Made by a program: the position numbers and the translations under genes. Positions 43,111-52,864 of a stretch of 64,000 nt of DNA are shown one piece after another. Positions within the stretch are counted from its first letter, which is position 1. The number at the start of each line of letters is the position of its first letter. The stretch is taken from the IMG/VR virus record IMGVR_UViG_3300044616_001452. One strand, written 5' to 3'. The stretch is from a virus. The notes under the pieces are model-generated. The model saw only the letters and a program-made list of their open reading frames with translations. It was not told where the DNA came from and did not search any database.

Positions 43111-44007
43111 ATGAAATATAGTATTTTTCATTTGCAAGGTGGAATTGGAAAGCATATCGCAGCAACGGCCGTTGCGAAAACAATTAAAAATAATCATCCT
43201 GATAGGAAATTAATTGTTGTCTGCGCCTACCCAGAAATTTTTATTAATCTAAATTTTGTTGATAGAGTTTTTACATTAGGAAATACAAGTTATTTTTATC
43301 AAGAATATATTCAGGATAAAGACTCAATCATCTTTCATCATGAGCCATACTACACCACTAATCACATTCATAAAAGAAAAAAACTTATACCAAACTGGTG
43401 TGAAATGTATGGTTTGAATTACAATAATGAATGGCCAGAACTGAAGTTCAATAAATTGCAATATGATTTATCTAAAAGGCATTGGCTAAGAAAAAAACCC
43501 ATCATGTTAATTCATACCAATGGCGGTATGATGACAATTGATGCAAAATCATATGCATGGACAAGAGATATGCCAGAAAGCATAGCTCAAGAACTGGTCG
43601 ATCACTATAAAAAAGATTATCATATCTATCAAATTACTAAATTGAATTCACCAAAATTAAACGGTGCTGAACATATTTTTGCCACTCAACAACAATCATT
43701 GACACTGATGGAACTGTTTAGTTTAATACTACACAGTAAAAAAAGAATCTTTATTGATTCTTGTATGCAACATGCAGCAGCCGCAATGAAAAGGAAATCA
43801 ACAGTTCTTTGGAATGGCACCAGCCCTAAAGTTTTTGGATATGATGTACATGACAATATAAGCACAGAAATTCCATACGACTTCAAATTACCAGGAAGTT
43901 ATCTTTTTGATTTCGACTTTAATGGTAATGAATTAGAATATCCGTTTACTGATGATGTTAAATTATTCGATATAAATAAAATCATCGAGTCTGTTGATAA
44001 ACAATAG
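43111..44007 (+). CDS. GT-B fold glycosyltransferase (GT9/heptosyltransferase-like)
   Basis: GGIGKHIAATAV N-terminal motif; IFIDSCMQHAAAAM..STVLW.GT.P..FGY. Start moved to ATG 43111, behind an AAGGA RBS. Confidence 0.7.
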   Translation: MKYSIFHLQGGIGKHIAATAVAKTIKNNHPDRKLIVVCAYPEIFINLNFVDRVFTLGNTSYFYQEYIQDKDSIIFHHEPYYTTNHIHKRKKLIPNWCEMYGLNYNNEWPELKFNKLQYDLSKRHWLRKKPIMLIHTNGGMMTIDAKSYAWTRDMPESIAQELVDHYKKDYHIYQITKLNSPKLNGAEHIFATQQQSLTLMELFSLILHSKKRIFIDSCMQHAAAAMKRKSTVLWNGTSPKVFGYDVHDNISTEIPYDFKLPGSYLFDFDFNGNELEYPFTDDVKLFDINKIIESVDKQ

Positions 44008-44017
44008 AGGTAAAAAA

Positions 44018-44938
44018 ATGAGCGCAATTGAAAGAAAATATTATTTTATGTCTGGATTACCAAGATCGGGAAGCACTTTGCTTTCGTCATTGTTAAATCA
44101 GAATCCTAGATTTCATTCTGGGCCTAGTTCTCCTGTGGTTCCAACAATTTTAGCTTTGGAAAATTCTTTGTCTCAAGATGAATTATACCTTGCATATCCT
44201 AAACCAGAACAGGCAAGAAGACTTATCGCAAGTGTTTTACAAATCTATTATTCAGATGTAGAAAGACCTGTAATTTTTGATAAAAACAGGTCATGGGTTG
44301 ACAGAATGAATTATATTGAAGGGTATTTTGGTATTCAACCAAAAATTTTATACCCAGTTAGAAACATCGACGAAATTTTAGCCTCATTTATTTCTATGTA
44401 TCGCCGTAATCCATACACAGGAGAAGGTAAAATATCTTTTATGGATGAAATGTTGATTAAAAGTAATCAACCACTAAATGATGATTCTCGTTGTCAAATG
44501 CTTGCCGGTCCAATGGGTATTCTTGGGCAAAGTTACAATGGCTTAAAAACAGTTTTTGAGCAGGGAAAACAAAACTCAATTCATCTTATTGAGTATGATG
44601 AATTGATTAATCAACCAAAAGAAACTATGGAAAAAATATATGACTTCTTAGAAGAAAAATATTTTGAACATGATTATCAGAACATAGAAAATCTGCACAG
44701 AGAAAGAGACAAAGAAGTATATGGGCTTGCTGATATGCATGAAGTTAGAAAATCTCTAGGTAAGTCCTCATTAGATCCTAAAGAATTATTATCAGAAAAT
44801 ATTTTAAACTTATGTAAAGGTGTTGAATTCTGGAGGGACGTGAAAGAATTTGATCCCGCAGAACACGAAGAAGATGAAAACGAAATTAATTTCTTAAACA
44901 GTAACTTTGACAACAACGAAAAAATAATAGGAGCATAA
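44018..44938 (+). CDS. PAPS-dependent sulfotransferase
   Basis: GLPRSGSTLL (5'-PSB loop), DKNRSW, VRNIDEILASF (3'-PB), IEYDELI..PKETMEKIYDFL. Start ATG 44018 after GAGG. Confidence 0.88.
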   Translation: MSAIERKYYFMSGLPRSGSTLLSSLLNQNPRFHSGPSSPVVPTILALENSLSQDELYLAYPKPEQARRLIASVLQIYYSDVERPVIFDKNRSWVDRMNYIEGYFGIQPKILYPVRNIDEILASFISMYRRNPYTGEGKISFMDEMLIKSNQPLNDDSRCQMLAGPMGILGQSYNGLKTVFEQGKQNSIHLIEYDELINQPKETMEKIYDFLEEKYFEHDYQNIENLHRERDKEVYGLADMHEVRKSLGKSSLDPKELLSENILNLCKGVEFWRDVKEFDPAEHEEDENEINFLNSNFDNNEKIIGA

Positions 44939-44939
44939 C

Positions 44940-45239
44940 ATGACTTTAGAGGAAGAAGTGGAACAAAGAGAAGCACACATCAAATCCATAGAAGGAATTA
45001 GAGAAACTATACTACGAGCAAAAGATTCAGTGTGGGTTATCAATAATGAAATTGATAAAAAAAATAATTCAGCAGATGGAAAATTAACTAAAGAAGGAAA
45101 GGGCAACGTTGAAAGAAATGTTGGGCATCTAGAAATTATTTTGGCCACCCAATATATTGCTGAGTCGGGAGAGGACCTTTCTGAATTACAAGCAGCGGTC
45201 GTAACAGGAAAGGCATTACTTGCAGAAGAAACGGAATAA
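44940..45239 (+). CDS. Hypothetical helical protein
   Basis: AGGAG RBS; sits within the cassette. Confidence 0.6.
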   Translation: MTLEEEVEQREAHIKSIEGIRETILRAKDSVWVINNEIDKKNNSADGKLTKEGKGNVERNVGHLEIILATQYIAESGEDLSELQAAVVTGKALLAEETE

Positions 45240-45241
45240 TT

Positions 45242-46096
45242 ATGAAAAAGATTTTGATTATGGGTCTTCCTGGTTCAGGTAAGACATACTTTGCAGAAAG
45301 ATTGAAAAAATACTTGGAAGAAAATAGTAATTTACATAATGCTCCAGACGGTGCACTATCGAATTATGAAACCGTTCCAATGCACTGGAAGGCAAAAGTA
45401 GATTGGTTCAATGCAGACGAGGTAAGAAAACGTTATAATGATTGGGATTTTAGCCATGAAGGTAGAATTAGGCAAAGCCTGAGAATGGCAGAGTTTGCTT
45501 TAAAGTGTAAAGGTGACTATGTAATCTGTGACTTTGTTGCACCTTTAGTTGAGATGAGAAACAACTTTAAAGCCGATTGGACAATCTGGATGGACACCAT
45601 AGATGCAGGGCGGTTTGAGGATACTAATAAGGTATTCGTATCTCCTGAAGTATATGATTTCCGAATAAACGAAATGAATGCTGAAAAATGGGTTTCTTTT
45701 GTTGGTGAACATATACTAGAAAATAAAAGGCGTCCAAACTTTGACTGGAAAAAAGAAACAGTACAGATGCTAGGTAGATGGCAACCATGGCATGCTGGGC
45801 ACCGTGCGCTTTTTGAACGTGCCATACAGAAAACTGGGCAAGTTGTCATTCAAATTCGTGATTGCCAAGGGTGGCAAGGTACTAATCCATTTGCTATCGA
45901 GCAGGTTAAAAACTACATTCGAAAAGATTTAGACTTGCAATACCAAGGAATGTATACGATTCAAGTTGTTCCAAATATCGTAAATATTACTTATGGAAGA
46001 GATGTTGGTTATAAAATTGAGCAAGAAGTGTTTGAACAATCTATACATGATATCAGTGCAACAAAAATTAGAAAAGGAATGGGTTTCGATAAATAA
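45242..46096 (+). CDS. cysC: Adenylylsulfate kinase (CysC-like) fused to an HxGH nucleotidyltransferase (putative minimal PAPS synthase)
   Basis: P-loop GLPGSGKT, NADEVR..DFSHEGRIRQ, DFVAP; C-terminal GRWQPWHAGH, YGRDVG, ISATKIR. Confidence 0.8.
   Translation: MKKILIMGLPGSGKTYFAERLKKYLEENSNLHNAPDGALSNYETVPMHWKAKVDWFNADEVRKRYNDWDFSHEGRIRQSLRMAEFALKCKGDYVICDFVAPLVEMRNNFKADWTIWMDTIDAGRFEDTNKVFVSPEVYDFRINEMNAEKWVSFVGEHILENKRRPNFDWKKETVQMLGRWQPWHAGHRALFERAIQKTGQVVIQIRDCQGWQGTNPFAIEQVKNYIRKDLDLQYQGMYTIQVVPNIVNITYGRDVGYKIEQEVFEQSIHDISATKIRKGMGFDK
46088..46095 (+). promoter_or_regulatory. Late promoter variant (GATAAATA) upstream of gp13
   Basis: 7/8 match to TATAAATA. Confidence 0.55.
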
Positions 46097-46123
46097 TCCA
46101 TTATATCCTAAAAGGGCAGAAAA

Positions 46124-46900
46124 ATGCCAGCAGTAACTAATAGAAACACATTTAAAGACTATTGTTTACGCAGACTGGGATTTCCTACCATTGAGATAAA
46201 CGTTGATGATGATCAGGTAGAAGATCGTATCGATGACGCTTTACAATATTGGCAAGATTACCACTTTGATGCTTTACAGAAGGTTTATTATATTCGTGCA
46301 TTAAATGCTACGGATATGACAAACAAATATATAAATTTAAGCCCTTCTGTAACGCTAGACACAAGTGGTAACTCAGTTAATATTATTGGCGTTACTCGTG
46401 TATTTCCAATCTCAGACTCAATCAACCAAAACAATATGTTCGACCTCAGATACCAATTACGTCTGAACGAACTGTATGATTTTACGTCTGCATCCTATAT
46501 CAATTATACTTTGACAATGCAGCACCTCCGTTCATTGGAACTTCTATTTACGGGTGAAGTTCCAATACGATTCCAACGTCATATGCACCGTTTGTACTGT
46601 GACTGGGGATGGGGATCCGCTGTTCAACAAGGTACAGTTGTTATCGCAGAATGTTTTGCTCTCATTAAACCTGAAGATTACATCTCTGTATGGAATGACC
46701 GTTGGCTAAAAGAATATGCCACCTCATTAATCAAAAGGAACTGGGGTAGTAACCTTAAAAAGTTTGCAGGAGTTCAATTGCCCGGAGGAGTAATGCTCAA
46801 TGGGCAGGTAATTTATGATGAAGCCGTCGAAGAAATAAAGGGCTTAGAACAAGAAATGCAAAGCAAATATGAACTTCCAGTGGACTTTTATCTAAACTAA
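46124..46900 (+). CDS. gp13: Neck protein gp13
   Basis: YCLRRLGFPTIEINVDDDQVEDRIDDALQY; WLKEYATSLIKRNWGSNLKKF.GVQLPGG. Confidence 0.93.
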   Translation: MPAVTNRNTFKDYCLRRLGFPTIEINVDDDQVEDRIDDALQYWQDYHFDALQKVYYIRALNATDMTNKYINLSPSVTLDTSGNSVNIIGVTRVFPISDSINQNNMFDLRYQLRLNELYDFTSASYINYTLTMQHLRSLELLFTGEVPIRFQRHMHRLYCDWGWGSAVQQGTVVIAECFALIKPEDYISVWNDRWLKEYATSLIKRNWGSNLKKFAGVQLPGGVMLNGQVIYDEAVEEIKGLEQEMQSKYELPVDFYLN

Positions 46901-47772
46901 TGGCTACCAATCTATATTTTAATAACTTTAATTCAAGCCCAGAACAAAGACTTGTTGAGGACTTGATGATCGAAACCATTAAAATTAATGGTGTCGATTG
47001 CTATTACATTCCAAACATAAATGAAGCGGCTAGGGATCTTCTTTATGGTGAAGATCCACTTAAAAAATTTACTGCTGCTTATCCGCTTGAACTCTATATT
47101 ACAAATGTAGACGGTTACGAAGGCGAAAGAGAGTTCTTCTCGAAATTTGGTTTAGAAATTCGTAACAACATGTCGGTAATTATATCAAAAAGATCATTTG
47201 CTCGTTGGGTTCCACAGACATATCACCGCCCAAGAGAGGGTGATTTAATTTACATACCCTTCTTTGCTCAGACTGGTGAAATGTATGAGATTAAATATGT
47301 GAATTTCTCAGAAGCATTCTATGTTTTGGGTAACAAGTATCCATATTTCTATAAACTTGAACTAGAGAAATTCAAATACTCACAAGAAACTATCGATGTT
47401 GGCATTCCAATTATCGATGAATTGGTTTATCAGGATGCTTACTCAATAGAATTAACAATAAACAAAGCAACTGGCAACGGAAACTTTATACGTGGCGAAT
47501 CTATACATAACACATCGAATACAGTGTACGGAACTGTGACAGATTGGAATGCAAACACAGGCATTATAAAAGTAACCGATCTGTATGGAACTTTTGCTAA
47601 CAGTATGCTTCTGCGTGGAAATACAAGTAATGCTTCCTACACAACGACAGCAGCACCAGATGAATTAAAAGATAATCAAATACGAGAAATGTACGATAAC
47701 AAAGTAATTCAAAACGAAGCTGATGTTATCATAGACACAACAGAAACAAATCCTTTTGGTAGAATATCATGA
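46900..47772 (+). CDS. gp14: Neck/head completion protein gp14
   Basis: EQRLVEDLMIETIKINGVDCYYIP, FSKFGLEI, RPREGDLIY, ETNPFG. Confidence 0.93.
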   Translation: MATNLYFNNFNSSPEQRLVEDLMIETIKINGVDCYYIPNINEAARDLLYGEDPLKKFTAAYPLELYITNVDGYEGEREFFSKFGLEIRNNMSVIISKRSFARWVPQTYHRPREGDLIYIPFFAQTGEMYEIKYVNFSEAFYVLGNKYPYFYKLELEKFKYSQETIDVGIPIIDELVYQDAYSIELTINKATGNGNFIRGESIHNTSNTVYGTVTDWNANTGIIKVTDLYGTFANSMLLRGNTSNASYTTTAAPDELKDNQIREMYDNKVIQNEADVIIDTTETNPFGRIS

Positions 47773-48773
47773 CTACAAACTATTCTTACCATAGAATTAT
47801 CAGAAAGATAATTGTAGCTTTCGGTGATATGTTCAATAGCGTTAAAATTGGAAGATATGACGCTAATGGCAATGAGCTTGAAAAATTTCTTGTTCCTTTG
47901 TTATACGGTGGTAAAGAAAAATATGTCTCCCGTTTAGAAGGTGATCCAGAACTCGACAAAAAGGTTCAGATTACTCTTCCAGTTATGTCTTACGAAATGA
48001 CAAACATGTCATATGATGCAGGAAGAAAACTGAATTCGAATTTCAAAAATATCGGATCAAGTTATTCGCAAAATGCGGCTTTAGCAGTTTATAATCCAGT
48101 GCCATTTGATTTCGATTTTTCTCTTTTTGCTTATGTTCGTAACTTTGAAGATGGTGCTCAAATCATGGAAAAAATTCTTCCATATTTTACACCAGATTAT
48201 ACAATAAATGTAAATTTAATACCAGAATTAGGTATAATTAAACAACTTCCAATCGTACTAAAGAGTGTATCACACGAAAATGATTATGAAGGTGCTTATG
48301 ATTCAGATGTTAGAAGAATAATTTGGACTTTAAACTTTACGGTTAAGGGTTACATATATGGTCCGATATCTGAACCAAAGATTATTAGAACTTCAATTAC
48401 GAATATATTAGATGACAATACATTGAATCAAGAAAGTGTCGTAGGTATAACCATGAATTCTGGAGGGTTTGGTAATTACCAACTATCGGAAACAGTATAT
48501 CAAGGTTACTCGTTTGAAACATCGACAGCTAGTGCAGCCGTAACTAATTGGAATTCCACAACTAAAACTTTGACGATTGGTAAACCGACAGGGCATTTTA
48601 TTAGTGGGCAGAACGTCATTGGATTAACCACGCACTCAACTTGGACAGCCAATACATTCAGTATAAATCCATCGGATCTTGTAACTATCACCATAACACC
48701 AAATCCTTCCAATGTTATTCTTCCAAATAACTATACATATACAACCGTAATAACTGAATTTCCAAATACATAA
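47769..48773 (+). CDS. gp15: Tail sheath stabilizer/terminator gp15
   Basis: YHRIIRKIIVAFGDMFN, LPVMSYEM, QIMEKILPYFTP, IIWTLNFTVKGYIYGP. Confidence 0.93.
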   Translation: MTTNYSYHRIIRKIIVAFGDMFNSVKIGRYDANGNELEKFLVPLLYGGKEKYVSRLEGDPELDKKVQITLPVMSYEMTNMSYDAGRKLNSNFKNIGSSYSQNAALAVYNPVPFDFDFSLFAYVRNFEDGAQIMEKILPYFTPDYTINVNLIPELGIIKQLPIVLKSVSHENDYEGAYDSDVRRIIWTLNFTVKGYIYGPISEPKIIRTSITNILDDNTLNQESVVGITMNSGGFGNYQLSETVYQGYSFETSTASAAVTNWNSTTKTLTIGKPTGHFISGQNVIGLTTHSTWTANTFSINPSDLVTITITPNPSNVILPNNYTYTTVITEFPNT

Positions 48774-49196
48774 ATGTCAAACTTTGAAAAAAATATGGCT
48801 GAAATTTTTGATGTAGTGCCAGTCGAAAAACCAAATTTACCAGTCGCAAAACAAACACCAAGCACAGAAGGTTTGGAAATAGACCTAGATGCCGACTATC
48901 TAGAATCCAGACAAACATACAAAGAGCTTATTGAAAAGGGCAATCAAGCTATTGACCACCTCCTTGCAATCGCATCAGAGACAGAACACCCAAGAGCATT
49001 TGAAGTTGTAGCCACACTCATTAAAAACACCACTGAGGCAAACGAAAAACTTCTAACTATGCAGAAAATGATGCGAGAAATGAAAGGTATGAAATCTAAT
49101 GATCAAAATAAGGTTTCTGTAGATAAAGCTATATTCATCGGATCGACTGCTGAACTGTCAAAACTGATAAAAGGTAAGAAATCTCTTGATGAATAA
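48774..49196 (+). CDS. gp16: Terminase small subunit gp16
   Basis: DYLESR, EHPRAFEVVATLIK, IFIGSTAEL. Confidence 0.93.
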   Translation: MSNFEKNMAEIFDVVPVEKPNLPVAKQTPSTEGLEIDLDADYLESRQTYKELIEKGNQAIDHLLAIASETEHPRAFEVVATLIKNTTEANEKLLTMQKMMREMKGMKSNDQNKVSVDKAIFIGSTAELSKLIKGKKSLDE

Positions 49197-50835
49197 AGAT
49201 TCTTATAGAGATAATCCTCTACTAAAACGTGCAGGAGTACAGCACAATTATACAGAAGAAGAGATTAAAGAATATATTACGTGTTCGAAAGATCCCGTTT
49301 ACTTTGCGGAAAAATATATCAAAATCGTGAACGTTGATAAAGGTTTGATACCGTTTGATATGTGGCCGTTTCAAAAAGATATGATTCGGTTGTTTCATGA
49401 AAACAGATTTGTAATTACAAAATGCCCCCGACAGGTCGGTAAAACAACCACATCAGTAGGTTACCTTCTTTGGCTAACACTCTTTTCTGATTCTCAAAAC
49501 ATTGCCGTTCTTGCAAATAAAGGTTCTTTAGCTAGAGACATTCTATCCAAGTATCAACTTGCGTATGAGAATTTACCTATGTGGTTGCAACAAGGTGTTG
49601 TGACCTGGAACAAAGGTAACGTCGAACTGGAAAACGGTTCAAAGATTATTGCTGCTTCAACCTCATCTTCTGCCATTCGAGGTGGAGCTTTCAACGTGGT
49701 TTTCTTGGACGAATTTGCGTTCGTTCCAGCCAATATTGCAAACGAATTCTTCAACTCTGTTTACCCTGTTATTTCGTCTGGTAAATCCACAAAAATCATT
49801 ATAGTTTCCACACCAAACGGTATGAATCTGTTCTACAAGCTTTGGATGGATGCTATAGGCAAGAAAAACGGATACAAACCTTTCCAAATTCATTGGTCCA
49901 TGGTGCCAGGTAGAGATGAAAAATGGAGAGAAGAAACAATCAAGAACACGTCCGAAGAACAATTTAGACAAGAGTTTGAATGTGAATTCTTAGGTTCAAC
50001 AAATACACTAATCTCTGGCTCAAAACTTGCGCAACTTGTGTATAGTGAGCCAGTTATTCGGCATGAATTGCTTCATATCTATGAGCCTCCAGTCAAAGGT
50101 GATGATGAAAAAACAAAAGATCATATATATGCTATATGCGTAGACCCTTCAGAGGGTAATAATCTAGACGATTCTGCATTTTCTGTCTTCGATATTTCAA
50201 CGGTACCATATAAGCAAGTAGCAAAATACAACAGTTCTTCTATTTCACCTCTTCTCTTCCCCACGGTAATCTACAATACAGCAAAACTATATAATGATGC
50301 ATATGTTTTAGTGGAGATTAACAATACTCCTCAAATAGCAGACACGTTACATCGTGATTTTGAATATGAAAATGTTGTAAAAGTTGAAACAGGAAATAAA
50401 AAAGCACAATCAATTGGTACGGGTTTTGGTAGAGGTGTACAACTTGGTGTGAAAATGTCTGCGCAGGTGAAAAGAATTGGTTGTTCAAATTTGAAAACAC
50501 TGATTGAATCCAATAAATTAATCATACAAGACTTTGACACGATCTCGCAATTAACAACATTTGTTTCGGCTCATAACAGTTTTAGAGCAGAAGAAGGTTC
50601 GAATGATGATATTGTTATGACACTCGTTATGTTTGCATGGATGACCACTCAGCAATATTTCAAAGAAATCGTAAATCATGATTTAAGAAAACAGATGCAA
50701 TTGGAAATGATGAATCAAAAGGACGAAGAAATACCCTCCTTTGGTTTATATGATGACGGAAAACAAGAAAAATACATCGTTGAAGGTGGTGATGTATGGC
50801 TAGTAAAGGAAGAAGAATCACTATTTAGATTCTGA
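49189..50835 (+). CDS. gp17: Terminase large subunit gp17
   Basis: Walker A PRQVGKTT, Walker B VFLDEFAF, IIIVSTPNG, nuclease domain (VDPSEG..DDIVMTL). An alternative TTG start lies at 49186. Confidence 0.96.
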   Translation: MNKDSYRDNPLLKRAGVQHNYTEEEIKEYITCSKDPVYFAEKYIKIVNVDKGLIPFDMWPFQKDMIRLFHENRFVITKCPRQVGKTTTSVGYLLWLTLFSDSQNIAVLANKGSLARDILSKYQLAYENLPMWLQQGVVTWNKGNVELENGSKIIAASTSSSAIRGGAFNVVFLDEFAFVPANIANEFFNSVYPVISSGKSTKIIIVSTPNGMNLFYKLWMDAIGKKNGYKPFQIHWSMVPGRDEKWREETIKNTSEEQFRQEFECEFLGSTNTLISGSKLAQLVYSEPVIRHELLHIYEPPVKGDDEKTKDHIYAICVDPSEGNNLDDSAFSVFDISTVPYKQVAKYNSSSISPLLFPTVIYNTAKLYNDAYVLVEINNTPQIADTLHRDFEYENVVKVETGNKKAQSIGTGFGRGVQLGVKMSAQVKRIGCSNLKTLIESNKLIIQDFDTISQLTTFVSAHNSFRAEEGSNDDIVMTLVMFAWMTTQQYFKEIVNHDLRKQMQLEMMNQKDEEIPSFGLYDDGKQEKYIVEGGDVWLVKEEESLFRF

Positions 50836-50852
50836 CTCTAAAATCACCATTT

Positions 50853-50860
50853 CATAAATA
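50853..50860 (+). promoter_or_regulatory. Late promoter (CATAAATA) for gp18
   Basis: Intergenic, followed by an AGGAG RBS. Confidence 0.65.
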
Positions 50861-50909
50861 TACCATAGGTTAAATTGCCAAAGCAAGATCATATAACAAG
50901 GAGATAAAA

Positions 50910-52838
50910 ATGGCATTTCAGATTTCTCCAGGCGTAAACGTTTCCGAGGTCGACCTAACTACAGTCGTACCTGCGGTTTCTACTACTGCTGGTGCTTTCG
51001 TTGGACCATTTCAATGGGGTCCAGTCAATAAAAGAACACTTGTTACAAGCGAATCTGCGCTTGTAAATACTTTCGGTAAGCCTGACGGAAACACAGCAAC
51101 TTCTTTCTTTTCCGCAGCTAACTTTTTGGCATATGGAAACAATCTTCAAGTTGTTCGTGTGGCTAACACAGGTTCAAATAACGCCATCATTGCAGCCAAT
51201 GTTTCTTTGCAAACTGCGAATTTGGATTCTCTGTTTTATCCAAATGCAAATAATGCTAATGCAGTAGCCAATCTACTTTCAAATCTTTATAGTTACATAA
51301 CTACTTTAAACAATGAAGATGTTTACGATATAAATTATCAAACAGATTCATATTTGGCAACTTTTGCAGCAAGATATCCTGGTGTTTTAGGTAACAGCTT
51401 AAAAGTTGTAGTTTGGGATGCTAACGTTTCAACATCTCAAATTTATACTTCAAATACACAATTACCTTCTGATACTATTACTGGCGGAAATACACAAGCA
51501 CTTCTTGCAAATACTAATACTGCTCCTCAAATATTTTCATCTTGGGCATATAAAAATTATTTCTCGGGTGCTCCGTCTACATCTTCGTACACTAGTGCAA
51601 GAAATGGAGCTAACGATCAGTTTCATATGGTTGTTCTTGATGAAGGTGGTATATTTACTGGGACTAAAGGTGCGATACTAGAAACTTTCCCCTTCTTATC
51701 AAAAGCAGTGGATTGTATTAATGATGATGGTTCTTCAGCATACTATAGAACAGTAATTAGAGATCAATCACGTTATATCTATGCTTTAGGTCCTATGGAA
51801 ACTAGACCACAGGCTAACATTGCAAATGGTGTTACAGCGTTTTCTTCTAGCATCACCAACTGGGGCAATTCAGCCGCCGGCACAAGCTTTATTGGTGCCG
51901 CCATGGGCGCTGCCAATACTGGAGCAGCATTCTCATTCGCCGGCGGTAGATCACTAGCTGTTAACAACGGAACAAAACAATCGGGATATGATTTGTTTGA
52001 TAATCCAGATGAAGTTGATATTTCATTAATTGTAACCGCTGATGCAAACACATCTGTACAACAAACTGCAATTGATTTAGCAGGTTCTAGAAAAGATTGT
52101 ATAGCTTTTGTATCTCCAGAATATGTAAATGTTGTCAACACTGCAACGCCGGCAACCAGTATTGCCACTTGGGCAAGCACACTGTCAAGAGCATCAACTT
52201 ATGCAGTCGCAGATTCGGGTTGGAAATATCAATTCGATAAGTACAATAATGTTTATCGTTGGATACCATTAAATGGTGACATTGCTGGTTTGTGTGCAAG
52301 AACGGATCAAACAAATGATCCTTGGTTCTCTCCTGCTGGTGTAAATCGTGGTGCAATTAAAAATGTCGTAAAACTGGCATGGAATCCAACACAAGCAGAT
52401 CGTGATAATATTTACTCTATCGGTGTAAACCCTGTTGTATCCTTACCAGGGCAAGGCACCATTCTGTATGGCGATAAAACACTAACAACACAGCCCTCTG
52501 CTTTCAGTAGAATTAATGTTCGCCGCCTGTTTATTGTACTTGAAAAAGCAATTTCAACTGCTGCCAAATTCTCACTGTTTGAACTGAACGATGAATTTAC
52601 TAGAGCGCAATTTGTAGCAATCGTTGAGCCATACTTACGTGACGTTAAAGGTCGCCGTGGTATTTACGATTATCGTGTTGTTTGCGATACAACTAATAAT
52701 ACTCCACAAGTAATTGACTCGAACCAGTTTGTTGGTGACATTTACATCAAGCCTGCTCGTTCTATCAACTATATTCAGTTGAACTTCATAGCAGTGCGTA
52801 GTGGTGTAAGCTTCAGTGAAATCGTCGGTTCTGTCTAA
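50910..52838 (+). CDS. gp18: Tail sheath protein gp18
   Basis: SPGVNVSEVDLT, WFSPAGVNRG, SAFSRINVRRLF, IKPARSINYIQLNF. Confidence 0.97.
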   Translation: MAFQISPGVNVSEVDLTTVVPAVSTTAGAFVGPFQWGPVNKRTLVTSESALVNTFGKPDGNTATSFFSAANFLAYGNNLQVVRVANTGSNNAIIAANVSLQTANLDSLFYPNANNANAVANLLSNLYSYITTLNNEDVYDINYQTDSYLATFAARYPGVLGNSLKVVVWDANVSTSQIYTSNTQLPSDTITGGNTQALLANTNTAPQIFSSWAYKNYFSGAPSTSSYTSARNGANDQFHMVVLDEGGIFTGTKGAILETFPFLSKAVDCINDDGSSAYYRTVIRDQSRYIYALGPMETRPQANIANGVTAFSSSITNWGNSAAGTSFIGAAMGAANTGAAFSFAGGRSLAVNNGTKQSGYDLFDNPDEVDISLIVTADANTSVQQTAIDLAGSRKDCIAFVSPEYVNVVNTATPATSIATWASTLSRASTYAVADSGWKYQFDKYNNVYRWIPLNGDIAGLCARTDQTNDPWFSPAGVNRGAIKNVVKLAWNPTQADRDNIYSIGVNPVVSLPGQGTILYGDKTLTTQPSAFSRINVRRLFIVLEKAISTAAKFSLFELNDEFTRAQFVAIVEPYLRDVKGRRGIYDYRVVCDTTNNTPQVIDSNQFVGDIYIKPARSINYIQLNFIAVRSGVSFSEIVGSV

Positions 52839-52844
52839 TAAATA
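52837..52844 (+). promoter_or_regulatory. Late promoter variant (AATAAATA) for gp19
   Basis: At the gp18 stop codon, before an AGGAG RBS. Confidence 0.55.
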
Positions 52845-52864
52845 ATAGGAAATAGGAGAAAACA

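Noticed and set aside
43036-44017. ORF-track starts at 43036 and 43994
   Set aside because: Both overlap the upstream genes; ATGs at 43111 and 44018 have RBSs and match the domain starts.
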